A DNA stretch of 64,000 nt from an uncultured bacterium (GTDB taxonomy: Bacteria; Verrucomicrobiota; Verrucomicrobiia; Verrucomicrobiales; DEV007): contig CAXBMO010000019.1 of the NCBI GenBank assembly GCA_963977015.1, positions 32,001-96,000 of the forward strand. The letters are read 5' to 3'. The stretch's first letter is position 1; each line of letters begins with the position of its first letter. The notes below the pieces were generated by a model. It made no database searches. It saw only the letters and a program-made list of their open reading frames with translations, and was not told the origin of the DNA. Positions 1-10,622 of this stretch are shown here, piece by piece. The position numbers and the translations under genes were made by a program.

Positions 1-154
1 GAAGTTTGTCTGGGACATGTATCAGAATGGGGACACCCAAAGCACCGCCCAGATCATCGTCGCCGTCTTCTTTATTGGAGGCATCGGGTTTCTGCTCGAC
101 CGGATCATGTTGGTCTTTCAGCGGATGGTCACTTTTGAAGAGCAAAACGTTTAA
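1..154 (+). CDS. nrtB: Nitrate ABC transporter permease, C-terminal end (partial, runs off the window)
   Basis: Frame from base 2 reads [50 protein letters not shown]. This is a typical NrtB/TauC last TM helix (GxxLD), directly upstream of two ABC ATPases. Confidence 0.8.
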   Translation, partial: KFVWDMYQNGDTQSTAQIIVAVFFIGGIGFLLDRIMLVFQRMVTFEEQNV

Positions 155-164
155 CGCACGAATC

Positions 165-1064
165 ATGGCCTTTATTGAATTCAACAATGTGAGCGTCGGT
201 TTCGGCTCGGGCACCGCCCGGACCGAGGTGCTCAAAGACGTCAACCTCTCCGTCGAAGAAGGGGAGTTTATCGCGATCCTCGGATTTTCCGGGAGTGGCA
301 AGACGACCTTCATGAATCTCATCGCGGGACTGTTGAAGCCCGACTCCGGTGAAGTTCTGGTCGAAAGAAAAGCTGTCGATGGACCAAGCCCGGAACGTGG
401 ACTGGTGTTTCAGAACTACTCCCTGCTTCCGTGGCTGAATGTCTACAACAACGTGGGTCTCGCGGTCGACCAGATTTTTGGGGATGAATCAGAGGCCGAA
501 AAGCGGGAAAGGATTCTCAAGTCCATCGACCGGGTGAACCTGAGCAATGCCCTGCATAAGAAGCCGGGAGAGCTTTCCGGAGGAATGCGGCAGCGGAACT
601 CGGTTGCCCGGACGCTTTCTGCCTCTCCCCGGATTCTCCTGCTGGATGAGCCGTTGAGTGCGCTGGATGCCTTGACCAGAAGTGTGATTCAGGATCAGAT
701 CCTTGAGATTTGGAAGCAGGAAGGGCAAACCGTTATCCTCATCACCAACGATGTCGATGAGGGGATCTACATGGCGGATCGGGTCATTCCGATGACGGTG
801 GGCCCGGCGGCCACGTTGGGACCGGAAACGGAGGTCAACGCCTCCCGTCCGAGGGACCGGCGAGCCATCACGATCGAGCCGGAGTTCATCAAGATGCGCA
901 ACGCGGTCATCAACTTTTTATTGGAAGAGAAGAAGGCGGAACTGGGTCGTGAGCCAGTCAAGCCGGTGTCGCTGCCCAACATCAGGCCGCTGGATATCAG
1001 TCGCTCCCGGCCGAGCAAGTATCTCGGCCTTCGTCCCAAGAAAAAGAAGGTTCTAGCCAGCTAA
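165..1064 (+). CDS. nrtC: Nitrate ABC transporter ATP-binding subunit
   Basis: Walker A GFSGSGKT, Q-loop FQNYSLLPW, signature LSGGMRQR, Walker B LLLDEP. ATG at 165 chosen because the upstream part of the ORF overlaps the permease. Confidence 0.88.
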   Translation: MAFIEFNNVSVGFGSGTARTEVLKDVNLSVEEGEFIAILGFSGSGKTTFMNLIAGLLKPDSGEVLVERKAVDGPSPERGLVFQNYSLLPWLNVYNNVGLAVDQIFGDESEAEKRERILKSIDRVNLSNALHKKPGELSGGMRQRNSVARTLSASPRILLLDEPLSALDALTRSVIQDQILEIWKQEGQTVILITNDVDEGIYMADRVIPMTVGPAATLGPETEVNASRPRDRRAITIEPEFIKMRNAVINFLLEEKKAELGREPVKPVSLPNIRPLDISRSRPSKYLGLRPKKKKVLAS

Positions 1065-1070
1065 ATTATT

Positions 1071-1865
1071 ATGTCCTACTTCGAAACTATCAGCCTGGGG
1101 AAGACCTACAAGACACCCAACGGAGACGCCGTGATCGTTCGGGATTTTAATCTCAAGATCCGCAAAGGTGAGTTCGTTTGTGTCATTGGACACTCCGGGT
1201 GCGGAAAATCGACCGTGCTTTCAATGGTCGCGGGTCTGAACGAGATCACCGATGGATCGGTCATTCTGGACGGTCACGAGATTGAAGGCGCGGCACCGGA
1301 TCGCGGGGTGGTCTTTCAGTCGCCATGCCTGCTTCCCTGGATGACGGCCTGGGACAATGTCAGGCTCGGTGTCGAGCAGGTCTACTATCATGCGACGGCA
1401 AAGGAGCGGAATCAGATCATCGAGTATTACCTCACCGTCGTTGGTCTCGGCAAGTCGATGCACAAACGCCCCAGCGAACTCTCCAGCGGGATGCGCCAAC
1501 GGGTTGGTCTCGCCCGTGCCTTTGCCCTTTCACCCAAGATGCTCCTTCTGGATGAGCCGTTTGGGATGCTGGACAAGCTCACCAAGTTCGAGCTGCAACA
1601 GGTGTTGCTCGATCTCTGGAACCGGGAGCGCCTCACCGCCATGATGATTACGCATGACGTGGATGAAGCCATCTACCTGGCGGATCGCATCGTGATGATG
1701 ACGGAAGGTCCGGCGGCGACGATTGGCAAAGTGGTGGAGATCAAATTCGACCGCCCTCGCGATCGCAAGGAGATCATGGAAACGGACCAATACTATGTCT
1801 ATCGCGACGAGATCATCCGTTTCCTGGAAGGGGATGGTCATGAGGGAACGGTAAAGGCGGCTTAA
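1071..1865 (+). CDS. nrtD: Nitrate ABC transporter ATP-binding subunit
   Basis: [33 protein letters not shown]; nitrate operon context. Confidence 0.9.
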   Translation: MSYFETISLGKTYKTPNGDAVIVRDFNLKIRKGEFVCVIGHSGCGKSTVLSMVAGLNEITDGSVILDGHEIEGAAPDRGVVFQSPCLLPWMTAWDNVRLGVEQVYYHATAKERNQIIEYYLTVVGLGKSMHKRPSELSSGMRQRVGLARAFALSPKMLLLDEPFGMLDKLTKFELQQVLLDLWNRERLTAMMITHDVDEAIYLADRIVMMTEGPAATIGKVVEIKFDRPRDRKEIMETDQYYVYRDEIIRFLEGDGHEGTVKAA

Positions 1866-1885
1866 CACTTTAAGAACATCGGACG

Positions 1886-3628
1886 ATGAGCCAATCTCCA
1901 ATCTTACCAGAATCAGCACCGTTCACCCCTGAGCAGCGGACCTGGCTCAATGGGTACTTGGCGGCACTCTATGCAACGCCGGCGACTCCCGAGGCGGTCG
2001 CGCCTTCCGGCCCTCCGATTACCATTTTCTGGGGCAGCCAGTCAGGAAATGCGGAAGGCCTTGCCGAAGCGTTTGGGGAACAACTTCAGGGGCGAGGATT
2101 CAAGCCTTCCGTCCTCAGTATGGAAGACTTTTCGTCCGTGGACCTCACGTCCCTGGAGCACCTGTTGGTGATTTCCAGCACCTGGGGCGAGGGAGATCCT
2201 CCGGACAACGCGGTCGAGTTTTGGGAGTATCTTTCCTCGGACGAAGTGCCTCAGCTTCCGAACCTGAAGTTTTCCGTGTTGGGGCTCGGGGATACCAACT
2301 ATCTGGACTTTTGCGCGATGGGAAAACTGTTTGATGCGCGTCTGGAGGCGCTGGGAGCGAACCGCTTCGCTCAGCGAGGGGATTGTGACGTCGATTTTGA
2401 AGAATCGGCGGAAGCCTGGTTCAGTGGAGTTCTCGCGAACCTGGGCAACGTGGAAACCGCGAGCCCGACTCCAACGGAAGCCGGCAACGTGGCGGTCGCG
2501 GAATCCTGGTCCAAGAATCAACCGTTTCCAGCCCGGCTAACCCGAAACCTCGCTCTCAACGGCCCGGCGTCAGCAAGGGATACGCGTCATTTTGAGATCG
2601 CGTTGGGCGATTCCGGCCTGGAATACGAAGTGGGGGATGTCCTCGGAGTTTTTGCGAAGAATTGTCCCGAGTTGGTTCAAGACCTGTTGGCGGTTCTGGG
2701 GTTGGATGGGGACGACGAGGTGCCGGATCCTGACGGGAACTCCGTTTCGCTGCGCCTGGCCCTTCAGGACCACTATTCGATCACGACGCCTGCGCGAAAG
2801 TTTCTCACCGCGTTCGCCACGCGCACGAAGAGCGACAAGCTCGCGGGGCTCCTGCAGCCCGAAGCCAAGCAGGAACTGGCTGACTATCTGTGGGGCCGGG
2901 AGATGATCGATCTTCTCCAGGAATTTCCCGATCACGGTTTTACGGCCTCGGAGTTTGTGGCCGTGCTCGGGAAGCTGACGCCGCGACTCTATTCCATCGC
3001 GTCGAGTCCGAAGGCGCATCCCGGTGAGGTGCATCTGACGGTTGCGCGGGTTGCCTACGAAAGCCACGGCCGCGCCCGAAAGGGAGTCGCATCGACCTGG
3101 CTGTCGGATCGCGTCGCTCCGGAAGACGAAGTGCCGGTCTTCTTCCAGGTTGCAAAGCATTTCAAGCTTCCGTCGGACCCGGCAACCGATGTGATCATGG
3201 TGGGACCCGGAACCGGGATTGCTCCCTTTCGCGCCTTTCTCGAGGAACGGCAGGCGATCGACGCGCCCGGAAAAAACTGGCTCTTCTTTGGGAACCCCCA
3301 TCGCGAGACGGATTTTCTCTATGAGGATCAGCTTTCGGAGATGAGCAAGGAGGGCGTGCTGAATCGCCTGGATACGGCCTGGTCACGTGATCAGGCTGAG
3401 AAGATCTACGTTCAGGATTTGATGCAGCAGAATGCGGCCTTGCTTTGGGAGTGGATCGAGGGAGGTGCGCATTTCTATGTCTGTGGGGATGCGAAACGGA
3501 TGGCCAAGGATGTCGATGCGGCTCTTCATGCCGCTATCGCAGTGCAGGGCGGTCACGGGGAGGAAGGTGCCGCAGAATACGTTTCCAGGATGAAGAAGGA
3601 AAAACGCTATCAACGTGACGTCTACTAA
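1886..3628 (+). CDS. CysJ-like diflavin (FMN/FAD) NADPH reductase, sulfite reductase flavoprotein-alpha family
   Basis: Flavodoxin motifs GSQSGNAE and STWGEGDPP; FAD motif RLYSIAS; NADPH motifs GPGTGIAPF and YVCGD; C-terminal RYQRDVY. Confidence 0.9.
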   Translation: MSQSPILPESAPFTPEQRTWLNGYLAALYATPATPEAVAPSGPPITIFWGSQSGNAEGLAEAFGEQLQGRGFKPSVLSMEDFSSVDLTSLEHLLVISSTWGEGDPPDNAVEFWEYLSSDEVPQLPNLKFSVLGLGDTNYLDFCAMGKLFDARLEALGANRFAQRGDCDVDFEESAEAWFSGVLANLGNVETASPTPTEAGNVAVAESWSKNQPFPARLTRNLALNGPASARDTRHFEIALGDSGLEYEVGDVLGVFAKNCPELVQDLLAVLGLDGDDEVPDPDGNSVSLRLALQDHYSITTPARKFLTAFATRTKSDKLAGLLQPEAKQELADYLWGREMIDLLQEFPDHGFTASEFVAVLGKLTPRLYSIASSPKAHPGEVHLTVARVAYESHGRARKGVASTWLSDRVAPEDEVPVFFQVAKHFKLPSDPATDVIMVGPGTGIAPFRAFLEERQAIDAPGKNWLFFGNPHRETDFLYEDQLSEMSKEGVLNRLDTAWSRDQAEKIYVQDLMQQNAALLWEWIEGGAHFYVCGDAKRMAKDVDAALHAAIAVQGGHGEEGAAEYVSRMKKEKRYQRDVY

Positions 3629-3629
3629 C

Positions 3630-5408
3630 ATGAATATAGTTCCGAATACGATCAATGGAAAAGCCATCACGCTCGAACAAGAGAGCTACCTCGGTGGCTT
3701 CTTTCAAGGGCTGAACAACCGCGGGATGACCTTTGCCGATGCGGAGCCCGAAGCCGGGCCACAACCTCAGGCCAAGAAGGAAAAGCTGACGGCGGAAGAG
3801 AAGATCAAGCGGGAGCTTGACCCCTTTGATGCGCTGGAAGAATTGCGTCGCAAGGCCAAGGACAACACCGAGCCGGCCAAGGAAGACATCTTTCGATTCA
3901 AATGGAATGGTCTGTTCTGGTTGGCGCCCGTTCACCAGGGCTACATGTGCCGGTTGCGCATTCCCGGCGGCGTGGTGAGTTCCTCCCAAGTTCGCGAATT
4001 GGCATCGATCGCCGATGATATCGCCTGGGGCTATCTTCAGATCACGACCCGCAACAATTTCCAGGTTCGGGTCATCCAACCGAAGGATACGCCCGAACTT
4101 CTCCGGCGAATCCAGGATTGCGGCCTGCACTCTCGCGGTTCGGGCGCGGACAACCTGCGCAATTTCACGGCAACCCCAACTTCGGGCTACGATCCCTATG
4201 AATTGGTGGATGTGATGCCGTTGATCAAGGATCTCGCGCATTATATTATCAACCAATCGGAGTTCTACGATCTCCCGAGAAAATTCAACATTTCTTATGA
4301 TAGTGGGGGGCTTGTCGGGGTGGCGGAAGATACCAATGATATCGGCCTGCGCGCGATTCGGATCAAGGAACCGCCGGAGGGTCACCCGATGCATCAGAAA
4401 CTGAAGGCTGGAGTCTATTTCCAGATTTTCCTGGGGGGAGTCACCGGTCATCAGGAGTTTGCCGAAGACAGTGGGGCGTTGTGTCGTCCGGAGGATGCCA
4501 CAGAGGTGGTTAGTGCGCTGACCCGGGTCTATCTCCGGAATGGAGATCGCAGCAGTCGGGGCAAGTCCCGCCTCATCTATCTGTTGAAGAACTGGGGATT
4601 TGAGAAGTTTCTCGATGAAACGGAGAAGCTCCTCAACGGCACGATGCTGCGTGGTGACTTAAAGGATCTCATTGAACCCCGGGAGGTGCCGTCGGTTCCT
4701 CATCCTCACATTGGGGCGCTTCCCCAGAAGCAGGACGGGCTCAGCTGGCTGGGTGTCTATATTCCGGTCGGCATGTTGCAGAGCGATGAAGCTCGGGCAA
4801 TCGCCGACGTCGCGGAAGAATTCGGGACTGGCGAGATGCGCCTGACGATTTTCCAGAATCTGATGATCCCCAATATTCCGACCGAGAAACTGGAGGCGGC
4901 GAAGGCCCGGTTGGCGGAAGCGGGGCTCGGTTGCGAAGCCAGTTATATCCGCGGAGGCGTTGCCGCTTGCACCGGAAATCGATACTGCAAGTTTGCCAGC
5001 TCGGACACGAAAGGCAATGCGATCGGATTGGTCGAGCACCTCGAGAGCCGGTTGACGCTCGATCAGCCGCTGAATATTCACGTCACCGGGTGCCCGCATT
5101 CCTGTGCCCAACATTATATCGGCGATATCGGTCTCCTCGCTTGCAAAGTCAAAGTCGAGGGCCAGCCGGATCCCGTCGAAGGTTATCATGTCTTCGTCGG
5201 GGGCGGTTTTGGCGCCGAGAAGAAGCGGCTTGGGCGACAGCTTTTCAAGAGCGTTCCCGCCGGCCCGGTCCTCAATCAAAAGATCGAGGCCCTGCTTCGT
5301 GGGTATTTGGAACAACGGGAGTCCAACGAGTCGTTCCTCGAATTCACGACCCGGCATGAGATCGAGGCGCTGGAAGCGCTGACGTTGGGTCAACCCAGTG
5401 CGGTATGA
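3630..5408 (+). CDS. nirA: Siroheme nitrite reductase (NirA family)
   Basis: RLRIPGG and ITTRNNFQ; siroheme/4Fe-4S ligands ACTGNRYC and TGCPHSC; nitrate operon context. ATG at 3630 lies just after the flavoprotein stop. Confidence 0.9.
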   Translation: MNIVPNTINGKAITLEQESYLGGFFQGLNNRGMTFADAEPEAGPQPQAKKEKLTAEEKIKRELDPFDALEELRRKAKDNTEPAKEDIFRFKWNGLFWLAPVHQGYMCRLRIPGGVVSSSQVRELASIADDIAWGYLQITTRNNFQVRVIQPKDTPELLRRIQDCGLHSRGSGADNLRNFTATPTSGYDPYELVDVMPLIKDLAHYIINQSEFYDLPRKFNISYDSGGLVGVAEDTNDIGLRAIRIKEPPEGHPMHQKLKAGVYFQIFLGGVTGHQEFAEDSGALCRPEDATEVVSALTRVYLRNGDRSSRGKSRLIYLLKNWGFEKFLDETEKLLNGTMLRGDLKDLIEPREVPSVPHPHIGALPQKQDGLSWLGVYIPVGMLQSDEARAIADVAEEFGTGEMRLTIFQNLMIPNIPTEKLEAAKARLAEAGLGCEASYIRGGVAACTGNRYCKFASSDTKGNAIGLVEHLESRLTLDQPLNIHVTGCPHSCAQHYIGDIGLLACKVKVEGQPDPVEGYHVFVGGGFGAEKKRLGRQLFKSVPAGPVLNQKIEALLRGYLEQRESNESFLEFTTRHEIEALEALTLGQPSAV

Positions 5409-6895
5409 ACCAGGCCGCTCCGACACTGATTGATGAGCTGATTGAGCAGCAGCATCGTCTGACTGCTGTGGAGCGATTTTCTCAGCGTCACGAAGCCGCC
5501 GAAACGCCGGTTCAATCGCGCTACTACCAGGATCTGATTCCGCTCAGCAAGCCCGGCGTGGGCGAGCAGTATGCCTTTGAAGTCGATCTTGACGGGTGCA
5601 GCGGTTGCAAGGCCTGCGTCAGTGCCTGTCATAGCCTGAACGGGTTGGACGAGGGAGAGTCCTGGCGAGATGTCGGGTCGCTGTTGGCGAAAGAGGTTGC
5701 AGCCCCCACTCAGCAGACGGTGACCACCGCCTGTCATCATTGCGTGGATCCGGCCTGCGCCAACGGATGTCCCACGATGGCGTATCATAAGGATCCGGAC
5801 ACGGGGATTGTGCGCCATCTCGACGACCAATGCATCGGGTGTCGCTATTGCGAACTGAAATGCCCTTACGAAGTCCCCAAGTTCAACGAGCGGCTCGGAA
5901 TCGTGCGCAAGTGCGACATGTGTCAGTCGCGCCTGGCGGTGGGGGAGGCGCCGGCCTGCGTTCAGGCTTGTCCGAACGAGGCGATTCGCATTCGGGTCGT
6001 GTCGAAGGACGAGGTTGCGAAGGAGGCCGTTCCGACTTCCCGCCTGTTGCCCGGAACCGTCACCTCCGACTATACCCAGCCGACAACCCGCTACCGGAAC
6101 CTCCGAAACGAAACGACTTCCTCTCCTTCCGATGAACGGACGATTCATCCGGCTCATGGACATTTTCCATTGGTTTGGATGCTGGTCCTGACTCAGATTG
6201 GCGCGGGCATGACCGTTGGTGATGTTCTGACGCGTTCGCTTCAGGCGGGAGCCGGAGTGTCGTGGTCGTCTCTGGCCCTCGCGGTGGTTATCTCCTTTGC
6301 CGGCCTTGCGGGGAGCGTGCTTCACCTGGGGCGTCCGCTTCAAGCCTGGCGCGCCTTTCTCGGGTGGCGAACGTCATGGCTCAGTCGCGAAATTTTGGTC
6401 TTTGGCGGATGGTCCTCCGCCTTGATGCTCTATCTTGCGGCCGTCCTGTTCGGCAAATGGCCTCTGCTGACCCTGGGGATTGGTGGTGGCGCGGCCGTCG
6501 CCGGAGTTCTCGGCATTTTTACCTCCGTGATGGTCTACGCAGATACGAGAAGGAAGTTTTGGGCACTGCCGCTGACCTTGTTTCGTTTCTACGCGACCGC
6601 GCTGGCTGCGGGGCTTCTGGTCTCTCCGTTGCCGTATCTCGCGCTGGTGGCAATCGCGGGCCTGTTGGCGTATGACGGCGCGATCTATTTCGGAGCGTTC
6701 CCAAATTTTGAGAACCAGCGCCATCTCATGCAGGGGGTGCTGAAGAAAGTGACGATCGCTCGTCTGGCGCTTGGGGTAACCGCAATGCTGTTCATTGGAA
6801 TGCCGTTGCTGGCCTTGGGAGTGTTTCTCGTTTCGGAATTGGCCGGACGATCGTTGTTTTTCAGAGCTGTTGACGAACCCGGGATGCCAGGATGA
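5405..6895 (+). CDS. DmsB-like 4x[4Fe-4S] domain fused to a DmsC/NrfD-like membrane anchor
   Basis: Cys groups [35 protein letters not shown] and CDMC..CVQAC, followed by multiple TM helices with HLGRP and SWLSREI. ATGA overlaps with both neighbours. Confidence 0.88.
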   Translation: MNQAAPTLIDELIEQQHRLTAVERFSQRHEAAETPVQSRYYQDLIPLSKPGVGEQYAFEVDLDGCSGCKACVSACHSLNGLDEGESWRDVGSLLAKEVAAPTQQTVTTACHHCVDPACANGCPTMAYHKDPDTGIVRHLDDQCIGCRYCELKCPYEVPKFNERLGIVRKCDMCQSRLAVGEAPACVQACPNEAIRIRVVSKDEVAKEAVPTSRLLPGTVTSDYTQPTTRYRNLRNETTSSPSDERTIHPAHGHFPLVWMLVLTQIGAGMTVGDVLTRSLQAGAGVSWSSLALAVVISFAGLAGSVLHLGRPLQAWRAFLGWRTSWLSREILVFGGWSSALMLYLAAVLFGKWPLLTLGIGGGAAVAGVLGIFTSVMVYADTRRKFWALPLTLFRFYATALAAGLLVSPLPYLALVAIAGLLAYDGAIYFGAFPNFENQRHLMQGVLKKVTIARLALGVTAMLFIGMPLLALGVFLVSELAGRSLFFRAVDEPGMPG

Positions 6896-9093
6896 GAGCC
6901 AAACAATTCATAGAAGAAAAGATTCGCGCGTTCGACGGTCCGCTCACCGAGGAACTGCTGCGGGATCCGGGAAAATTCGGGCTGGGGCAACTTCCTCGCA
7001 CGATGGAGCCCGATGCGACCACGTCGGTTGTCTGTGGCTATTGTTCGACCGGTTGCTCGCTCAACGTTCATTTGAAAGACGGGCAAGCCATCAACCTCTC
7101 TCCGGATCCTGACTACCCGGTCAACCTCGGAATGGCCTGTCCGAAAGGTTGGGAATCCCTCACGCCACTCGCCGCCGATGACCGAGGAACGAGTCCGCTC
7201 TATCGCGCTTCGTCGGATGATGCCCTGGAGCCGATCGAGTGGAAAGACGCGGCGCAGACGTTCTGCGACCGGATGCGCACGGTGCAGCGTGAGCATGGAC
7301 CGGAATCGATTGCCTTCCTCAGTACGGGCCAGATCTGCACCGAGGAAATGGCCCTGCTCGGGGCGTTCGCGAAGTTCGAAATGGGGATGATCCATGGCGA
7401 TGGCAATACCCGGCAGTGCATGGCGACGGCAGTCACCGCCTACAAGGAATCGTTCGGTTTCGATGCGCCACCGTTCAGCTACCAGGATTTCGAGGAATCG
7501 GATGTCATTGTCTTGATCGGCTCGAATCTCTGCATCGCGCATCCCATTCTGTGGCAACGCGTTCTTCGCAACGAGAACAACCCGGAGATCATCGTGATTG
7601 ATCCGCGCAAGACGGAAACGGCGATGCAGGCAACGCAACATGTCGCGCTACGCCCAAAGTCAGATCTCACGTTTCTTTACGGGATCGCTCAACTCCTGGT
7701 GGAGAACGATTGGCTGGACTCGGATTTCATTGAAGCCCACACCTCCGGGTTTGAGGATTTCAAAGAGCACATCGCTTCGTTTACGGCGGAACGGGTTTCG
7801 CAGGAGAGCGATGTTCCCTTGTCCGAACTGAAAGGCTTGGCGCAGAAAATTGGCGAAGGGAAGCGTGTTTCTCTCTGGTGGACCATGGGCGTGAATCAAA
7901 GCTACGAGGCGACGCGAACGGCACAGGCCATCATCAATATCGCCCTGATGACGGGCAATATCGGGAAGCCCGGCACTGGGGCGAATTCGATCACGGGTCA
8001 GTGCAACGCGATGGGATCCCGACTCTTCAGCAACACCACCAGTTTGTTGGGGGGGCATGATTTCCTGAACGCCCAGCATCGAGAGAAGGTGGCCGAGGTT
8101 CTCGAAATCGATCCGGCGAAAATTCCGGATCAGCGAAGTTGGGCCTACGATCAGATTGTCGACGGAATCGAAACGGGCAAGATCAAAGCGCTCTGGATTG
8201 TGGCGACGAATGGGGCTCACTCCTGGGCCCATCAGAATCGATTCCGGAAGCTTCTCTCGAAGTTGGATTTTCTCGTCGTCCAGGACATCTACCCAACCAC
8301 CGAGACCGCCGAGCTGGCGGATTTGTTTCTCCCGGCCGCGGGTTGGGGAGAGAAGGACGGGACGCTGATCAACTCCGAACGCCGAATCGGTCTCGTCAAG
8401 CGAGTCAGCCGTTCGCCCGGAGAGGCGCTCGCGGATTTCTCGATCTTCCGGTATCTGGCGTCGACCTGGGGAGCGGGTCCCTGGTTGGCAAAGTGGAAGA
8501 CGCCGGAAGATGCGTTTCAGATTCTCAAGAAACTAAGCAAGGATCAGCCCTGTGATATTCGCGGAATCAAGGATTACCGCGAAATCGACGAAGCCGGTGG
8601 CATCCAATGGCCCTTGGCGGAATCCTCCTCATCCATCGAAACGCATCGTCACCTCTTTGCGGATGGAACGTTTTATACCGACGATGGGAGGGCACGGTTT
8701 ATCTATGACGATCCGCAACCCAATCCCGAGCCGCCTGACGAAGCTTATCCCTTCTGTTTGCTGACCGGAAGGGGGAGTTCCGCGCAGTGGCATACCGAAT
8801 CCAGAACCGGCAAATCGGAGATTCTCAAAAAGCTGCACCCGAAAGAGAGTTATGCGGAAATCAATCCCGACGACGCCCGTGCCCTGGGCATCAAATCTGC
8901 GGATCGTATTACGGTCATTTCTCGGCGGGGGAGTCTGGAGCTGAAGGCGCTCGTCACCGCAACCGTGAAGGCCGGACAAGTCTTTATTCCGATGCACAAT
9001 CCCAAGGTGAATCGCCTGACGTTATCGTCGTTCGACCCGGTCTCGCGTCAGCCCAACTACAAGGCGTGCGGCGTGAAGATCGCGAAATGTTAG
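6892..9093 (+). CDS. nasA: Assimilatory nitrate reductase, Mo-bis-MGD catalytic subunit (NasA/NarB-like)
   Basis: N-terminal CGYCSTGC...CPKG [4Fe-4S]; NTRQCMATA Mo-Cys motif; [17 protein letters not shown]-terminal [10 protein letters not shown]. Confidence 0.9.
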   Translation: MRAKQFIEEKIRAFDGPLTEELLRDPGKFGLGQLPRTMEPDATTSVVCGYCSTGCSLNVHLKDGQAINLSPDPDYPVNLGMACPKGWESLTPLAADDRGTSPLYRASSDDALEPIEWKDAAQTFCDRMRTVQREHGPESIAFLSTGQICTEEMALLGAFAKFEMGMIHGDGNTRQCMATAVTAYKESFGFDAPPFSYQDFEESDVIVLIGSNLCIAHPILWQRVLRNENNPEIIVIDPRKTETAMQATQHVALRPKSDLTFLYGIAQLLVENDWLDSDFIEAHTSGFEDFKEHIASFTAERVSQESDVPLSELKGLAQKIGEGKRVSLWWTMGVNQSYEATRTAQAIINIALMTGNIGKPGTGANSITGQCNAMGSRLFSNTTSLLGGHDFLNAQHREKVAEVLEIDPAKIPDQRSWAYDQIVDGIETGKIKALWIVATNGAHSWAHQNRFRKLLSKLDFLVVQDIYPTTETAELADLFLPAAGWGEKDGTLINSERRIGLVKRVSRSPGEALADFSIFRYLASTWGAGPWLAKWKTPEDAFQILKKLSKDQPCDIRGIKDYREIDEAGGIQWPLAESSSSIETHRHLFADGTFYTDDGRARFIYDDPQPNPEPPDEAYPFCLLTGRGSSAQWHTESRTGKSEILKKLHPKESYAEINPDDARALGIKSADRITVISRRGSLELKALVTATVKAGQVFIPMHNPKVNRLTLSSFDPVSRQPNYKACGVKIAKC

Positions 9094-9096
9094 AAA

Positions 9097-10572
9097 TCAC
9101 TTTCTCAGCCTGCTCACGACGAGGCCCGTGAGGAAAATCGTCAACGTTCCGGTCACGATGGTGAGGTTGGAATGAAGAGCGGGCTTGAGATGGGCGGGAA
9201 CCCAGGATGAGCTGAGCCAGAAGATGACGATGACGCCGAGAATGACTCCGGTCACTGCGGCCGCGTTTCCGGCTTTCCTCACAATCAACCCGAGGAGAAA
9301 CAGGCCCAGCATTCCGCCGGCAAAAACCCCGGAGAGTTGCCACCAAATGTCGAGAATGTTCTTGGCGTTTCCGGTGAGCAGCAGCGCGGTTCCCGTTCCG
9401 ACGACTCCCCAAAAAACTGTCGCGCCGCGGAGCACCTTCATCGTCTCGCTCTCGCTGATGGCTTCGCCCCTGCGGACGAGGCGCTTCCAGATGTCTTTCA
9501 AGGTGATGGTCGCGGAGCTGTTCAAGCTGGTGTCGATCGTGCTCATGGCTGCGGCAGCGAGCGCGGCGAGGATGAGACCACCCACGCCCGGCGGAAGGTG
9601 GTTCGTCATGAAGTGGGGAAGAATCGAGTCCTCGAACTTCCGGTTTCCCGCCATTTCCTGAATCGCGGCGACTTCCTCGGGCATGGATTGATAGAAGCTG
9701 AAGAGCAGGGAGCCGATCAGGAAAAAGAGCAGCGAGACGGGCACGTAAAGCATCGCCCCAACCCAGAGCGAACGTTTCGCGGCGGCTTCCGACGAGGCGG
9801 CGTGATAGCGTTGGATGTAGTTTTGATCGATCCCGAAATTGGTCAGGTTGATGAAGAGACCGTAAAGCAGGACGACCCACACGGTCGAATTGGCGACGTC
9901 GAACAACGACCAACTACCCAGCGAAAATTTGTCGGCCTCGGTCGCGAGGCGAATCGCTTCCCCGGCACCGCCCGGATGTTCGAAGAGCAGAATCGCAACG
10001 ACGAGAACCGCGCCCAACGTCAGCACCACACTTTGAATCGCGTCCGTCCAGATCACGGCCTCGATGCCGCCGATGAGGGTGTAGGCGGTGACGAGAACTC
10101 CGGCGATCAAAATGATGGTGACGAGATTCCAGCCGGTGACCTGCTGAAGCCCGATCGCCACGCCGAGCATGATCGTGGCGCTTCGCGCGACCTGGGTGAG
10201 GAGGTAGCAGATCACCGCATAAATCCGCGCCCACGTTCCGAACCGGTGTTCAAGATGCTCGTAAGCCGAGATTTCTCCGGTGTCCCGGTAAAACTTCACG
10301 AACCATCGCGTCGCAATGAGAATGGCGATCGGAATCGATAGGGAAAAGACGAAGGCGTTCCAGTTTCCGGCATAGGCCTTGCCGGGGACACCGATGAAGG
10401 TGTTCGACGAAAGATAGGTGCCGAACAAGCTCAGCCCGATCACCCAGCCCGGGAGCCGGCCTCCCGCCTTCATGAACCCTTCCGAGGTCCTGCTGCGCCG
10501 GGCAAACCAGAAACCGACGCCGACAACGAGCGCGATGTAGAGAACGAGAACAATGAGGTCGAGGGGTTGCAT
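9097..10572 (-). CDS. Sodium:solute symporter (SSS family, SiaT-like)
   Basis: Many TM helices; GGIEAVIWTD, DQNYIQRY, AAAMSTIDTSLNS. Confidence 0.88.
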   Translation of the reverse strand: MQPLDLIVLVLYIALVVGVGFWFARRSRTSEGFMKAGGRLPGWVIGLSLFGTYLSSNTFIGVPGKAYAGNWNAFVFSLSIPIAILIATRWFVKFYRDTGEISAYEHLEHRFGTWARIYAVICYLLTQVARSATIMLGVAIGLQQVTGWNLVTIILIAGVLVTAYTLIGGIEAVIWTDAIQSVVLTLGAVLVVAILLFEHPGGAGEAIRLATEADKFSLGSWSLFDVANSTVWVVLLYGLFINLTNFGIDQNYIQRYHAASSEAAAKRSLWVGAMLYVPVSLLFFLIGSLLFSFYQSMPEEVAAIQEMAGNRKFEDSILPHFMTNHLPPGVGGLILAALAAAAMSTIDTSLNSSATITLKDIWKRLVRRGEAISESETMKVLRGATVFWGVVGTGTALLLTGNAKNILDIWWQLSGVFAGGMLGLFLLGLIVRKAGNAAAVTGVILGVIVIFWLSSSWVPAHLKPALHSNLTIVTGTLTIFLTGLVVSRLRK

Positions 10573-10622
10573 AACGAGTTCGGTGTCCGTCGATGGCTGG
10601 CAGAGCGATCGTCGAGCCTGGC

